DNA of 64,000 bases, taken from the NCBI GenBank assembly GCA_050179755.1, contig JBFXEV010000001.1, positions 777,994 to 841,993 of the forward strand. Direction: 5' to 3'. The translations under genes were made by a program, and so were the position numbers. The notes beneath the pieces were generated by a model. That model had not been told where the DNA came from. It did not search any database and saw only the letters and a list, made by a program, of their open reading frames with translations. Shown one piece after another: positions 17,857 to 26,969 of this stretch; positions within the stretch are counted from its first letter, which is position 1, and every line of letters begins with the position of its first letter. The DNA comes from Candidatus Babeliales bacterium (GTDB lineage Bacteria > Babelota > Babeliae > Babelales > JBFXEV01).

Positions 17857-19635
17857 TTATTCACCGGCAAGTATAAAGTCAGAAATAGCCCAACCAACAA
17901 GCACCGCTGGAGTTCCTGTGTTACCATCAGGTACGTATGGCAAGATTGAATTATCAGCTACACGTAGACCTTTAGTACCAAACACACGACCATGCGGATC
18001 AACCGCAGCTACATCAGGAGTCAGACCAGCTGGGGTTGAAGACGTATAGTGATGGGATTGGAAGGTAGTAGCCAGAAGGTAATTTTCAAGTGCGGCTGTA
18101 TCATTAATGACATCTAGTGATGGTTGCAAAAGTGTCCATGTTTGCCCATTAGGCGCAGGATTATTTGAAAAATATTCAGTTAGATCTGCGACGAAGTTTT
18201 GGAATGCTTGAACGCATGTAGCCAAATCTGCCGATGTTCCACCAGGCCCCTCTGTATCACCGAAATAGTTTCCACTAACAAGTGGTATTTTAAATGGATC
18301 ATCATTCTGAATTGCGATAGTTCCTACGCTTACAGGATTTAAATGAGCAGGTCCTAAAAGCATTAAATCAGGAGCCAGTTGGACAGTAACCCATTGCATT
18401 TCACGCGGTGCAGATTGAGGATCCCCTACAATAGGTGTAATCGATGGTAAAAAGGCAGTTGCTGAATAGAGAGCCCACGGTTCAGTTGGAGGGACGAGTA
18501 CTGCACCTGGAATGGAGAACAGTGCAAATGGAATCGTATGATTGTAAAAGAATCCCACATTATCATTCTCAACACGTACCGGTACACCGGCAGCATTAAG
18601 TATGTCTTTTGGCCCGATACCATTACGTTGCAAGAACTGTGCACTTTGGAATCCAGCAGAAACAATTACTTCTTTGCGAGCAAAAATCTCATGGCATTCG
18701 CCATCTTGTGTATAGCGAACACCAATTACTTTATTTTTTTTGTTCCAAAGAAGATCAATTGCAGTTGCACGTAAATGCACTCGCAGTTTTCTGCCATTAA
18801 CTCCAAAACCATTAGGAGTCATTACATCAGAATTTAAGAAGGCAAATGCAGTGCTTTCTCTCAAGAAAATATCACCCACTGGCCGCACTTGATTATCACT
18901 TCTGAGACTTGTACCAATAGGTGTTGTTGGGTCATTGTAATCATCAATTATAGGCGAATTGCTGGCTGCTGCCATTGCGTTAGCCAGATAGTGATTATCT
19001 TCAGTGGGAGTAAATGCCAGTGCTACATTAGTCCATGGGCCATTTGTGCCACGTGCAGGGCTAGCAACAAAAGGTGCTATAAACGTTTCAAGCTTTTTGT
19101 AACGTGCAAGCGTTTTGTCAAGCGACCAATCGGGTCCAAGTAAATCGGCCATGTTTGACCAGTAGGTATTACTTCCACGTACCACGATCATGCCATTAAT
19201 AGAGGAACTACCGCCCAGTAGCCTTCCTGCTGTCCACTGAAAGCTTCTATTATCCATTTGCGGTTGAATGACTTGTTCACCTTGCCAGAAGTAATAGGGG
19301 TAATAATTGGGCAACAAATTCAGGTAACCACTTGCAGGAACTTCAATCACTTCATCATTATTGTTATTATCCCCAGCTTCAAGACCGATAACTGAGGTTT
19401 TCTTATCATTTGTTAAGCGATTGGCAATCACAGCTCCAGCGGTACCCATGCCAATGATAATATAATCGGCATCGTAATGCTTTTTTTTCTTATGTTTTGG
19501 TTTGCAAGGCTTAATGGGTTTTGTGCAGCAAATTTTTGTTTGATCGGCAAATAATGCTACTGGTGAGAATGCTTGCAAGAGCAAACTCCAGGCAAGAATT
19601 CTTGCTATTTTTTTTTGAATGTTTAGTTTCATCAT
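17857..19635 (-). CDS. Secreted GMC (glucose-methanol-choline) family FAD oxidoreductase 1
   Basis: DYIIIGMGTAG, LEAG, GRLLGGSSSING, EVIVSAG, HHY, GLRVADNS, GNT (His/Asn pair); N-terminal signal peptide. Confidence 0.95.
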   Translation of the reverse strand: MMKLNIQKKIARILAWSLLLQAFSPVALFADQTKICCTKPIKPCKPKHKKKKHYDADYIIIGMGTAGAVIANRLTNDKKTSVIGLEAGDNNNNDEVIEVPASGYLNLLPNYYPYYFWQGEQVIQPQMDNRSFQWTAGRLLGGSSSINGMIVVRGSNTYWSNMADLLGPDWSLDKTLARYKKLETFIAPFVASPARGTNGPWTNVALAFTPTEDNHYLANAMAAASNSPIIDDYNDPTTPIGTSLRSDNQVRPVGDIFLRESTAFAFLNSDVMTPNGFGVNGRKLRVHLRATAIDLLWNKKNKVIGVRYTQDGECHEIFARKEVIVSAGFQSAQFLQRNGIGPKDILNAAGVPVRVENDNVGFFYNHTIPFALFSIPGAVLVPPTEPWALYSATAFLPSITPIVGDPQSAPREMQWVTVQLAPDLMLLGPAHLNPVSVGTIAIQNDDPFKIPLVSGNYFGDTEGPGGTSADLATCVQAFQNFVADLTEYFSNNPAPNGQTWTLLQPSLDVINDTAALENYLLATTFQSHHYTSSTPAGLTPDVAAVDPHGRVFGTKGLRVADNSILPYVPDGNTGTPAVLVGWAISDFILAGE

Positions 19636-19685
19636 ATTCGTTTCGAATAATAATTAATACGATACATGGTTAACAGGTTCAACGT

Positions 19686-19737
19686 ACCAGTATGCATGAA
19701 GTGAATAATAAGATTGGTAAGACTGGTGGCTTCTTTT
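19686..19737 (-). promoter_or_regulatory. Conserved 5' leader motif/hairpin of GMC-1
   Basis: 19-nt aagactggtggcttctttt and paired accagt shared with 26822-26871. Confidence 0.5.
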
Positions 19738-20032
19738 CAAGATTGGGGCCCTCCTCTGCTTTTTTGTTAAGCTTTTTAATTACCTTTTTTATTATGATAC
19801 ACAAATAAAGTACATGTCAAGCACTTAATGAGAAATGTTAACAATTGTTTTTTTTAAGAATAAAAAACAGTTTTTTTTAGATTTCATATGGCAACAATTT
19901 GGTGTGTCAGAATTTGTTTTTCAAGTTATTTTACTTTTCTTGGGAGAGCAGCGCGCTTTTGAATAAAACATGGTACTCTACAAGCATGAGGGTTTGTCAT
20001 TATAAAAAGTATTTTTTAAGTAAGAGGTATTC

Positions 20033-21739
20033 ATGTTCACTGGAATTATACAACATAAAGGCACCATTGCTTCAATAAAAAAAGAAGCAAGTTCCCCATT
20101 GCAAGTTACTGTGTGTGTACAAGATACACAATTTATTGCCGCACAAAAGGTTGGTGATTCAATTGCAATTGATGGTATTTGTTTGAGCATAGTGCGCAAA
20201 GACCTTGAGCTTCAACAACTTATGTTTCAGGCAATAGAGCAAACATGCATAGTCACTACTATTGGTGCTCGGGTGATTGGTGATGTGGTAAATGTTGAGC
20301 CTGCTCTCTCAGCACAGGATAAGTTAGATGGGCATGTGGTCACTGGTCATATTGATTACAAAGTAAAAGTACTTGATGTAGTGCACCATGAAGATGGCTC
20401 ATGGCAGGTGTTTATTGAAAACAAAAAACCGGAACTGATTGTATTGCGTGGTTCGGTAGCACTCAATGGCGTGAGTTTGACCGTCTCACATGTATGCCCT
20501 TATTATTTTTGTGTGAGTCTGATTCCGATTACGCTTGAAAAAACAAATTTATCTTTCTTAAAAAAAGGTCACTTAGTTAACGTTGAGTATGATACGTTTC
20601 TGAAAGCACAAAAAGGTTGCTCAATCGATTTGGCCAGCGCGCTTGGCACGCGGGTATTCTCTGATGAGCAAGCAATGAATTGTGCGTTGCAATTAGCTCA
20701 GCTAGGGGTTGTGACTGCGCCACCAAATCCTTGGGTGGGTTCAGTAATAGTAAAAGATAATGTAATCATTGGTGCAGGATATCACACCAAGGCGGGAGAG
20801 CCACATGCAGAAGTTGAAGCACTACGCAGCATGCGCGATCAGCTTGATGCGCAAGGCGCTCGTATGTATGTTACTTTAGAACCATGTTGTCATATTGGAA
20901 AAACCGGTCCGTGCACGCAAGCTATTATTGAAGCGGGAATTACACACGTGACTATTGGCATGCTTGACCCAGATATGCGCGTGCAAGGTAAGGGTGTTAA
21001 GGCCTTAGAGGCGGCTGGTATTCAGGTAACTGTCGGCGTGCTCTCTTGCAAAGTTGCTCAGTCACTTAAACCGTATATTCATCATCGTACCACTGGTATG
21101 CCCTTTGTAATTGCAAAAGTGGGTGTAAGTATTGATGGTAAAATAGCGGCAGCTGATGGTAGTGCTCGCTGGATTACCGATGCTGCTGCACGTCAAGAAG
21201 TGCATGAGCTACGTGCGCGGTGTCAGGCAGTGTTGGTTGGTCAAGCAACCGTAATCAAAGATAATCCACAACTCACCGTGAGATTAGAAAATTACACGGG
21301 TCCACAACCAGTCCGCGTAGTGCTTGATACGTATGGCGTGGTCACTAATCCTGATTTGCATATCTTTAACCAAGAACAAGCAAAAACGCTTATGATTACA
21401 TCTAATCAATGCAACCAAGAAACTAAAGAGCTGTGGCAGAAACTTGGTATTGAATATTGTGTAGTACATTGCACCGACGGTCGGCTTGATCTTGTGCAGG
21501 TGTATAAAGAATTGGGTAGGCGACAGGTTATATCAGTGCTTGTTGAAGGTGGTTCACGGTTGCAGACTGAGCTTCTGAAAACGGGTGCGTACCAAGAATT
21601 ACATGTCTATCTTGGTCCGGTAATAATTGGGAGCAATGGTATCAGTTTATTTGATACCGTGCTTGGATCATCTATGGATGATGCTCTTGCTTTAAAGAAG
21701 ATTGGTCAAACGCCCCATTGCATAATTTTTGAGCGTTAA
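20033..21739 (+). CDS. ribE-ribD: Fusion of riboflavin synthase alpha chain (RibE/RibC) and RibD deaminase/reductase
   Basis: MFTGII start, GHVVTGHID, GSVALNGVSLT; then PNPWVG, HAE, LEPCCH..PC, SIDGKIA, VLVEGG. Confidence 0.93.
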   Translation: MFTGIIQHKGTIASIKKEASSPLQVTVCVQDTQFIAAQKVGDSIAIDGICLSIVRKDLELQQLMFQAIEQTCIVTTIGARVIGDVVNVEPALSAQDKLDGHVVTGHIDYKVKVLDVVHHEDGSWQVFIENKKPELIVLRGSVALNGVSLTVSHVCPYYFCVSLIPITLEKTNLSFLKKGHLVNVEYDTFLKAQKGCSIDLASALGTRVFSDEQAMNCALQLAQLGVVTAPPNPWVGSVIVKDNVIIGAGYHTKAGEPHAEVEALRSMRDQLDAQGARMYVTLEPCCHIGKTGPCTQAIIEAGITHVTIGMLDPDMRVQGKGVKALEAAGIQVTVGVLSCKVAQSLKPYIHHRTTGMPFVIAKVGVSIDGKIAAADGSARWITDAAARQEVHELRARCQAVLVGQATVIKDNPQLTVRLENYTGPQPVRVVLDTYGVVTNPDLHIFNQEQAKTLMITSNQCNQETKELWQKLGIEYCVVHCTDGRLDLVQVYKELGRRQVISVLVEGGSRLQTELLKTGAYQELHVYLGPVIIGSNGISLFDTVLGSSMDDALALKKIGQTPHCIIFER

Positions 21740-22376
21740 GTTCTAAAAAGTTTTTTACCACAATATCAGCAGCTTGTGTAAACTCTGCAATCCCAGTGCT
21801 GTTGATACCAATACAATACATGCCAGCAGCTTTTGCTGCAGTAACGCCATGGCGCGAATCTTCAATCACAATGCATTCGCTAGGCTTAGATTTTAATTGT
21901 TGTGCTGCATATAAAAAAATATCAGGAGCGGGTTTGGTCACACCTTGCACGCATGCACTGCCATAGATATGTTTACCAAAAAAGCTCTCTAGATTCAGGA
22001 TGCTATTTGTCTTTTTTAGAGCGTCGTTTGTTGCATTGGTGGCAATAGCACATTTAATATTGAGCGCCTTTACGTGCGCGTGAAAAGTTTCAAACCCTTC
22101 CATAAATTTTAAATGCGTATCATAGAGGTTGTATGCCAATTCTTCTTCTTCTTGAGCAAGAGACGCTCTATCATCAATGAGATTAAACATTGATTTTAAT
22201 TCATCGCAAATTGCTTTTACGTGTAATCCGCGCACGCGTAAATTTATTTCATTTTGCATCTGCGCAGTTACTGCAATACCCCGTTTGAGCAATAATAAGC
22301 GAGTTGCTTCTACCCATAGTGATTCGGTGTCTATAATAGTGCCATCCATATCAAATAATATTGTTGTGTAGTTCAT
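21672..22376 (-). CDS. HAD-family phosphatase (beta-PGM/CbbY-like), possible flavin-pathway phosphatase
   Basis: FDMDGT, ATN, KPAPDIF, IEDS..G..AAKAAGM. Confidence 0.9.
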   Translation of the reverse strand: MNYTTILFDMDGTIIDTESLWVEATRLLLLKRGIAVTAQMQNEINLRVRGLHVKAICDELKSMFNLIDDRASLAQEEEELAYNLYDTHLKFMEGFETFHAHVKALNIKCAIATNATNDALKKTNSILNLESFFGKHIYGSACVQGVTKPAPDIFLYAAQQLKSKPSECIVIEDSRHGVTAAKAAGMYCIGINSTGIAEFTQAADIVVKNFLELNAQKLCNGAFDQSSLKQEHHP

Positions 22377-22391
22377 GGGGTTCCTGAGAGG

Positions 22392-23027
22392 TTACAAAGT
22401 GAAATGATATAGTGCATGTGATTTAATATACTGTGCGACAGTTGCGGGCACAAACTGCTGCCAACAGGGAGTGAGATTTTTGATGCGTGAGCGTACGATG
22501 CTACTCGAGATTGTGTAGCAATCTGCGGCAATGCGAAGTTGTGTGGCGCTTGCAGGAATCAAGTGTTGTACTTTGCCTTCGCGCGGTATAATAAATACTT
22601 TATCAAAAGAATCCTCGTTATTGGGGTTCCAGTGTGCCAAATTCTCTTGGCCAGAAAACAAATGCCAGCGTACTTTTGGTGAATTGCCAAAACAATTTTT
22701 TAGTTGTTCTATTCCCCAAGTTTGTGTGGCATCTTGCGTGAGCAAGGTAATAGGTAATTCAGGCGATATCAGAAGCTTGACCATGGCGATGCGATCTTGT
22801 AGAGAAGCAGTGTACTGCTTATGACCATGATTATTTATTACCACAAATAATTGTTGAATTCCAGTGGAGAATGAGCGTATCATGATCTGTTGATGTGCAC
22901 GGGTAGGTGGATCAAAGGTGCCCCAATACACTCCATAGCAAGTGACCTCATCTACTGTGGCGTCTACGTGATAATATGTTGTCAGCATGATACATACAAA
23001 GAACAATAGTGGTTGTTTGAGTTGCAT
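22392..23027 (-). CDS. NadD-like (HIGH-family) nucleotidyltransferase with N-terminal signal-like sequence
   Basis: YWGTFDPPTRAH, ASLQDRIAMV, ISSSIVR, VPATVAQYI..HALY. Confidence 0.85.
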   Translation of the reverse strand: MQLKQPLLFFVCIMLTTYYHVDATVDEVTCYGVYWGTFDPPTRAHQQIMIRSFSTGIQQLFVVINNHGHKQYTASLQDRIAMVKLLISPELPITLLTQDATQTWGIEQLKNCFGNSPKVRWHLFSGQENLAHWNPNNEDSFDKVFIIPREGKVQHLIPASATQLRIAADCYTISSSIVRSRIKNLTPCWQQFVPATVAQYIKSHALYHFTL

Positions 23028-23100
23028 GGTATGGCGTCTCTAATTCTTGAATAAGATAAGTAGGCCAGGTAACTTGCTTTGCAACTTACCCAGCATAAAC

Positions 23101-23610
23101 TTATAATTGAGGTTGGTGCATTGTTTCAAGCGAAGGCACTTGCATATTTTCCTGATGTGTCATCATAAGCGCTGAATCTGCCCATCCCTTTGCAATGCCA
23201 TCATAGACTCGCTCCACAGCTTGTTCATGATTGCAGGTGAGCACACCAAAAATTACAGGCACGCCACATGAGATAGAAAGCATTTGGAGTGCATGCGTTA
23301 CGCTATTTGCAAGAACTTCAAAATGGTATGTTGCGCCTTGAAGGAGCGCGCCCAGGCAAATAATGACTTCGCATTTTTGTTGTGCAAGTAATTGTTGTGT
23401 ACCATGTGCCAGCTCAAATGCGCCCGGCACCACACGTACTGATATGTTTTTTGCAAGTACGCCTTGGGTCACAAGTTGCTTTACGCAGTCTTGGTACAAA
23501 GCTTCTACAATTTCTGTATTCCATGCAGTTTTTACAATGCCAATGCGTAAGTTTGCGGCTTGAACTGCATTAGGAAGTCTGCTTTCTAGGATATTTAGTT
23601 TTTTGTACAT
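23101..23610 (-). CDS. ribH: 6,7-dimethyl-8-ribityllumazine synthase
   Basis: WNTEIV, VPGAFEL, ICLG..QGATYHFE, VPVIFGVLT. Confidence 0.95.
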   Translation of the reverse strand: MYKKLNILESRLPNAVQAANLRIGIVKTAWNTEIVEALYQDCVKQLVTQGVLAKNISVRVVPGAFELAHGTQQLLAQQKCEVIICLGALLQGATYHFEVLANSVTHALQMLSISCGVPVIFGVLTCNHEQAVERVYDGIAKGWADSALMMTHQENMQVPSLETMHQPQL

Positions 23611-24856
23611 AGGTTCCTTCTTCTGGCGTAATAATGAGACGATGATTCATTCTTAATTTTTTTGTGGCGAGGTATGCGCCATTAAAGTGTGTTGCACTGC
23701 TTGCAATTTGAATAATGCTGTGCACTTTATCTTTAAAAAAATCTATTTTATCAGGGTTGTTGGTGATAAGGTCTATGTGTTCGAGGGCAAGATAATCAAC
23801 AATTGCGCGAGCGACAGTATAATCGCGCATATCAATAGGCAAATTAAGCTGCACGTGTGCCTCAATAGTGTCATGCCCTTGTTGCATCAAATCGTACGCT
23901 TTAATTTTATTGGTTAATCCAATGCCACGCCCTTCATGGTCACTCATATATATTAATACACCATAGCCGATTTCTTTAATTTTTTGTAATGCGTTTAAAT
24001 ATTGCTGCTCACAATCACAATGCATGCTGTGGAGCGTGTTTCCCGTAAAGCATGCAGAATGAATGCGTACCGGAACAATGGTATGTTCTTGCCAATTGCC
24101 ATACAAGAGCACGGGGTGTTCATTACCAAATTGGTCAACAAAGATGCGGCACTCGCACTGCATAGGTTGTTTGCCATTATGCACAGTCAATTGGGCACTG
24201 CTTGCCAGTTGCACATACTGGTCCGGTGCATTATTTTGTGGTTTTGCAATGTCCAGGTTCATGTAAGCAAGCAAATTTTTAATGGTTATAATAGGTATGT
24301 TGTGCTGTTGGCTAAAAATCTGGCATTGAGGATAGCGCATCATAGTACCGTCAGGGTTCATTAATTCTGCAATTACCCCAACGGTATTTAAGCCACTCAG
24401 TGCACATAAGGTTACTGCCGCTTCTGTGTGCCCTTGGCGTGCTTGTAATCCACCATGGTGTGCAATAAGTGGGAATACGTGGCCAGGTTTTCTAAAAGAT
24501 GTTGCATCAACTGAACTATCAGCTAATGCTTGTATGGTGTTATGCCGATCAAGAGCAGAAACGCCAGTAGTGGTAGTAATGTGATCGCATGAAACAGTAA
24601 ATTTTGTGCCGTGATGATCGGTATTATGGATTGTCATTAAGTGTAAGCCAAGTTTTTGGGCGCGTGCGCTGGTCAGCGGCGTGCAGATAATACCGGTGGT
24701 GTGTTGGAGTAAAAAGGTGATTTTTTCTGGGGTGCTGTGCTCGGCTGCAAAAATAAGATCCCCTTCATTCTCTCGGTTTTCATCATCCATTACAATGAGC
24801 ATGCTGCCGTGCGCAAAAGCAGAAATATATTGTTTGATGTGGTCGAGTGATGCCAT
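23570..24856 (-). CDS. ribBA: Bifunctional DHBP synthase / GTP cyclohydrolase II
   Basis: DDENRENEGDL, PGHVFPL, GHTEAA, VRIHSAC.TG, CDC, EGRGIGL.NK. Confidence 0.97.
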   Translation of the reverse strand: MASLDHIKQYISAFAHGSMLIVMDDENRENEGDLIFAAEHSTPEKITFLLQHTTGIICTPLTSARAQKLGLHLMTIHNTDHHGTKFTVSCDHITTTTGVSALDRHNTIQALADSSVDATSFRKPGHVFPLIAHHGGLQARQGHTEAAVTLCALSGLNTVGVIAELMNPDGTMMRYPQCQIFSQQHNIPIITIKNLLAYMNLDIAKPQNNAPDQYVQLASSAQLTVHNGKQPMQCECRIFVDQFGNEHPVLLYGNWQEHTIVPVRIHSACFTGNTLHSMHCDCEQQYLNALQKIKEIGYGVLIYMSDHEGRGIGLTNKIKAYDLMQQGHDTIEAHVQLNLPIDMRDYTVARAIVDYLALEHIDLITNNPDKIDFFKDKVHSIIQIASSATHFNGAYLATKKLRMNHRLIITPEEGTYVQKTKYPRKQTS

Positions 24857-24993
24857 GTGCTTGCTCCTTTTTTAAATGCTTTATTCCTGTTGTTAGTTTT
24901 ATAAGTTCGCACGGGTTTGTCAATTTTTTATTTAAGGTCTGAAGCAAAATCGTAAGCAGACTGAAGTGGCAGAAGTTGGTTGTGCAGAAACTA

Positions 24994-25018
24994 AAAGGGC
25001 CGCATTATGCGGCCCTTT
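24994..25018 (-). terminator. Terminator of GMC-2
   Basis: aaagggccgca-tta-tgcggcccttt hairpin, paralogous to 17820-17843. Confidence 0.75.
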
Positions 25019-25031
25019 GTTACATGGTGAT

Positions 25032-26789
25032 TTATTTTCCTGCACGGATAAAATCGGCAATTGTCCAGCCAATTAATACTGCAGGCGTTGCGGTGTTGCC
25101 GTCTGGTATTACAGGCAAGATAGAAACATCTGCAACGCGTAGACCTTTTACGCCAAACACGTGGCCATAAGGATCAACAACGCCATTTTCTGGTGACAGA
25201 GCAGCTTTTGTTGTTGAGCAATAATGGTGCGCTTGAGAAGCATTTGCTTTAATGAAGGCAATAAGAGCGTCTCGATCCATCATTACATCTTTGGTAGGAG
25301 CTATGAATGTCCATGTACCTTTAGGAGATGGATTTGCTTCAAAATAGTTTTCTAAGTCTAAAGCAAAGTTTTGATACGCGTCCGCCAACTTATCTATATC
25401 TTCAGGATTACTCAACAAGTTTGCGTCAGCAAGAGGAATTTTGAGTGGATCATCATTTTGGATTGCAACTGAGCCAACACTTTTTACACGCATTAATCCT
25501 GCACCAAAGAACAAAAGTTCGTCACTCAGTGGTGTAGAAATCCATTGAATATCACGCAACGTATTATTTGGATCTGCAGGTGGTGTTACGGCAGGTAACA
25601 TAGCACCAGGTCCCCATACTGCCCATGGTTCCGCTGGTGGAATTATTTCTGTGCCTGGAGGTATTTGAATTAAACTACCGATGTAGGTATGATTTACTAG
25701 TTCGCCCACATGAGGATTATCTACACGCACTGGCACGCCAGCTGCATTAAGAATGTCTTTTGGTCCAATGCCATTACGTTGTAAGAATTGTGCACTTTGG
25801 AAACCAGCACACACAATAACTTCTTTACGTGCAAATAGAGTGTGGCATTTACCATCTTGCGTATAACGAACGCCAATTACTTTATTATTCTTCCAAATGA
25901 GATCAATGGCGGTAGATCTTAAATGCACTCTTAATTTTCTACCATTTACACCAACACCATTTGGAGTCATAACAGTTTCATCTAAGAAAGCATAAGAAGT
26001 TGCTTCGCGTAGAAATGAGCCATTTTCTATACGTTCTTGAGTATCCCATTGCAAGAAAGCGCCGTTAGGTGTTTCTGGATTATTAAAATCAAGAACCGGT
26101 GGCATACCACTCACCACAGTCATTGCATTAAATAAATATTGATCATCTTCCGTTGGATTAAATGGTAATGCTATATTAGTCCACGGCCCGTTAGTGCCTC
26201 GAGCAGGGCTTGTAGGAAAGGGAGCAATGTAGGTCTCTAATTTTTTGTATCGTTTGCGCGTTTTTTCAAGTGACCAATCTGATCCAAGAAGCGCTTCTAT
26301 TTCCGACCAATATGCGTCAGATCCAAGCACGACTTGCAGGCCATTAATAGAGGTTCCGCCACCAAGAAGCCTTCCTGATGACCACGCGTATGATTGGCCA
26401 TCAAGTTGGAATTGTGGAACACCCTCGCCTTGCCAGAAATATTGTGGATAAAAGAATGGGAACAAGAAGAAATATCCTTGTTCTGGAATTATAATTACCG
26501 GGTCTTGGCTGTTATTATCACCTGCTTCAAGACCAATCACTGAAGTTTTTCTATCTTTAGTCAAGCGATTGGCAATCACCGCTCCAGCTCCGCCCATGCC
26601 AATGATAATGTAGTCTGCATCATAATACTTTTTGTTCTTGTGTTTTGGTTTGCAAGGTTTAATTGGTTCCGTGCAGCAAATTCTAATTTGCTCGGCGAGT
26701 AATGTAATAGGAGAGAGTGCTTGCAAGAGAATACTTGCAAGCATTGTTATTGCTAATTTTTTTTTGAAGCATTTATGCATTGTTATCAC
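25032..26789 (-). CDS. Secreted GMC family FAD oxidoreductase 2 (paralog of 17857..19635)
   Basis: Same motif set (GMGGAG, GRLLGGGTSING, HHY, GNT); shared ICCTxPIKPCKPKHK segment. Confidence 0.95.
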   Translation of the reverse strand: MITMHKCFKKKLAITMLASILLQALSPITLLAEQIRICCTEPIKPCKPKHKNKKYYDADYIIIGMGGAGAVIANRLTKDRKTSVIGLEAGDNNSQDPVIIIPEQGYFFLFPFFYPQYFWQGEGVPQFQLDGQSYAWSSGRLLGGGTSINGLQVVLGSDAYWSEIEALLGSDWSLEKTRKRYKKLETYIAPFPTSPARGTNGPWTNIALPFNPTEDDQYLFNAMTVVSGMPPVLDFNNPETPNGAFLQWDTQERIENGSFLREATSYAFLDETVMTPNGVGVNGRKLRVHLRSTAIDLIWKNNKVIGVRYTQDGKCHTLFARKEVIVCAGFQSAQFLQRNGIGPKDILNAAGVPVRVDNPHVGELVNHTYIGSLIQIPPGTEIIPPAEPWAVWGPGAMLPAVTPPADPNNTLRDIQWISTPLSDELLFFGAGLMRVKSVGSVAIQNDDPLKIPLADANLLSNPEDIDKLADAYQNFALDLENYFEANPSPKGTWTFIAPTKDVMMDRDALIAFIKANASQAHHYCSTTKAALSPENGVVDPYGHVFGVKGLRVADVSILPVIPDGNTATPAVLIGWTIADFIRAGK

Positions 26790-26821
26790 TTTTAGTTATT
26801 GATTATTAAATTCCTTTGATA

Positions 26822-26871
26822 ACCAGTACCGTGATGTGAAATTAATATTGAAAAGACTGGTGGCTTCTTTT
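26822..26871 (-). promoter_or_regulatory. Conserved 5' leader motif/hairpin of GMC-2
   Basis: Matches 19686-19737. Confidence 0.5.
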
Positions 26872-26969
26872 TTTTTGAATCCTCATCCTATTTATACATT
26901 GAGTTATTATTAAATTATATGTCTTAAGATAAACTGATATTAATTTTATTGTCAAGAGACCTATTTTTT

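Noticed and set aside
24857..24990. FMN riboswitch upstream of ribBA (also checked 19640-20032)
   Set aside because: No RFN consensus (AGGGCGGGG...AAATTCCCGACCG) is visible; the leaders are short and AT-rich.
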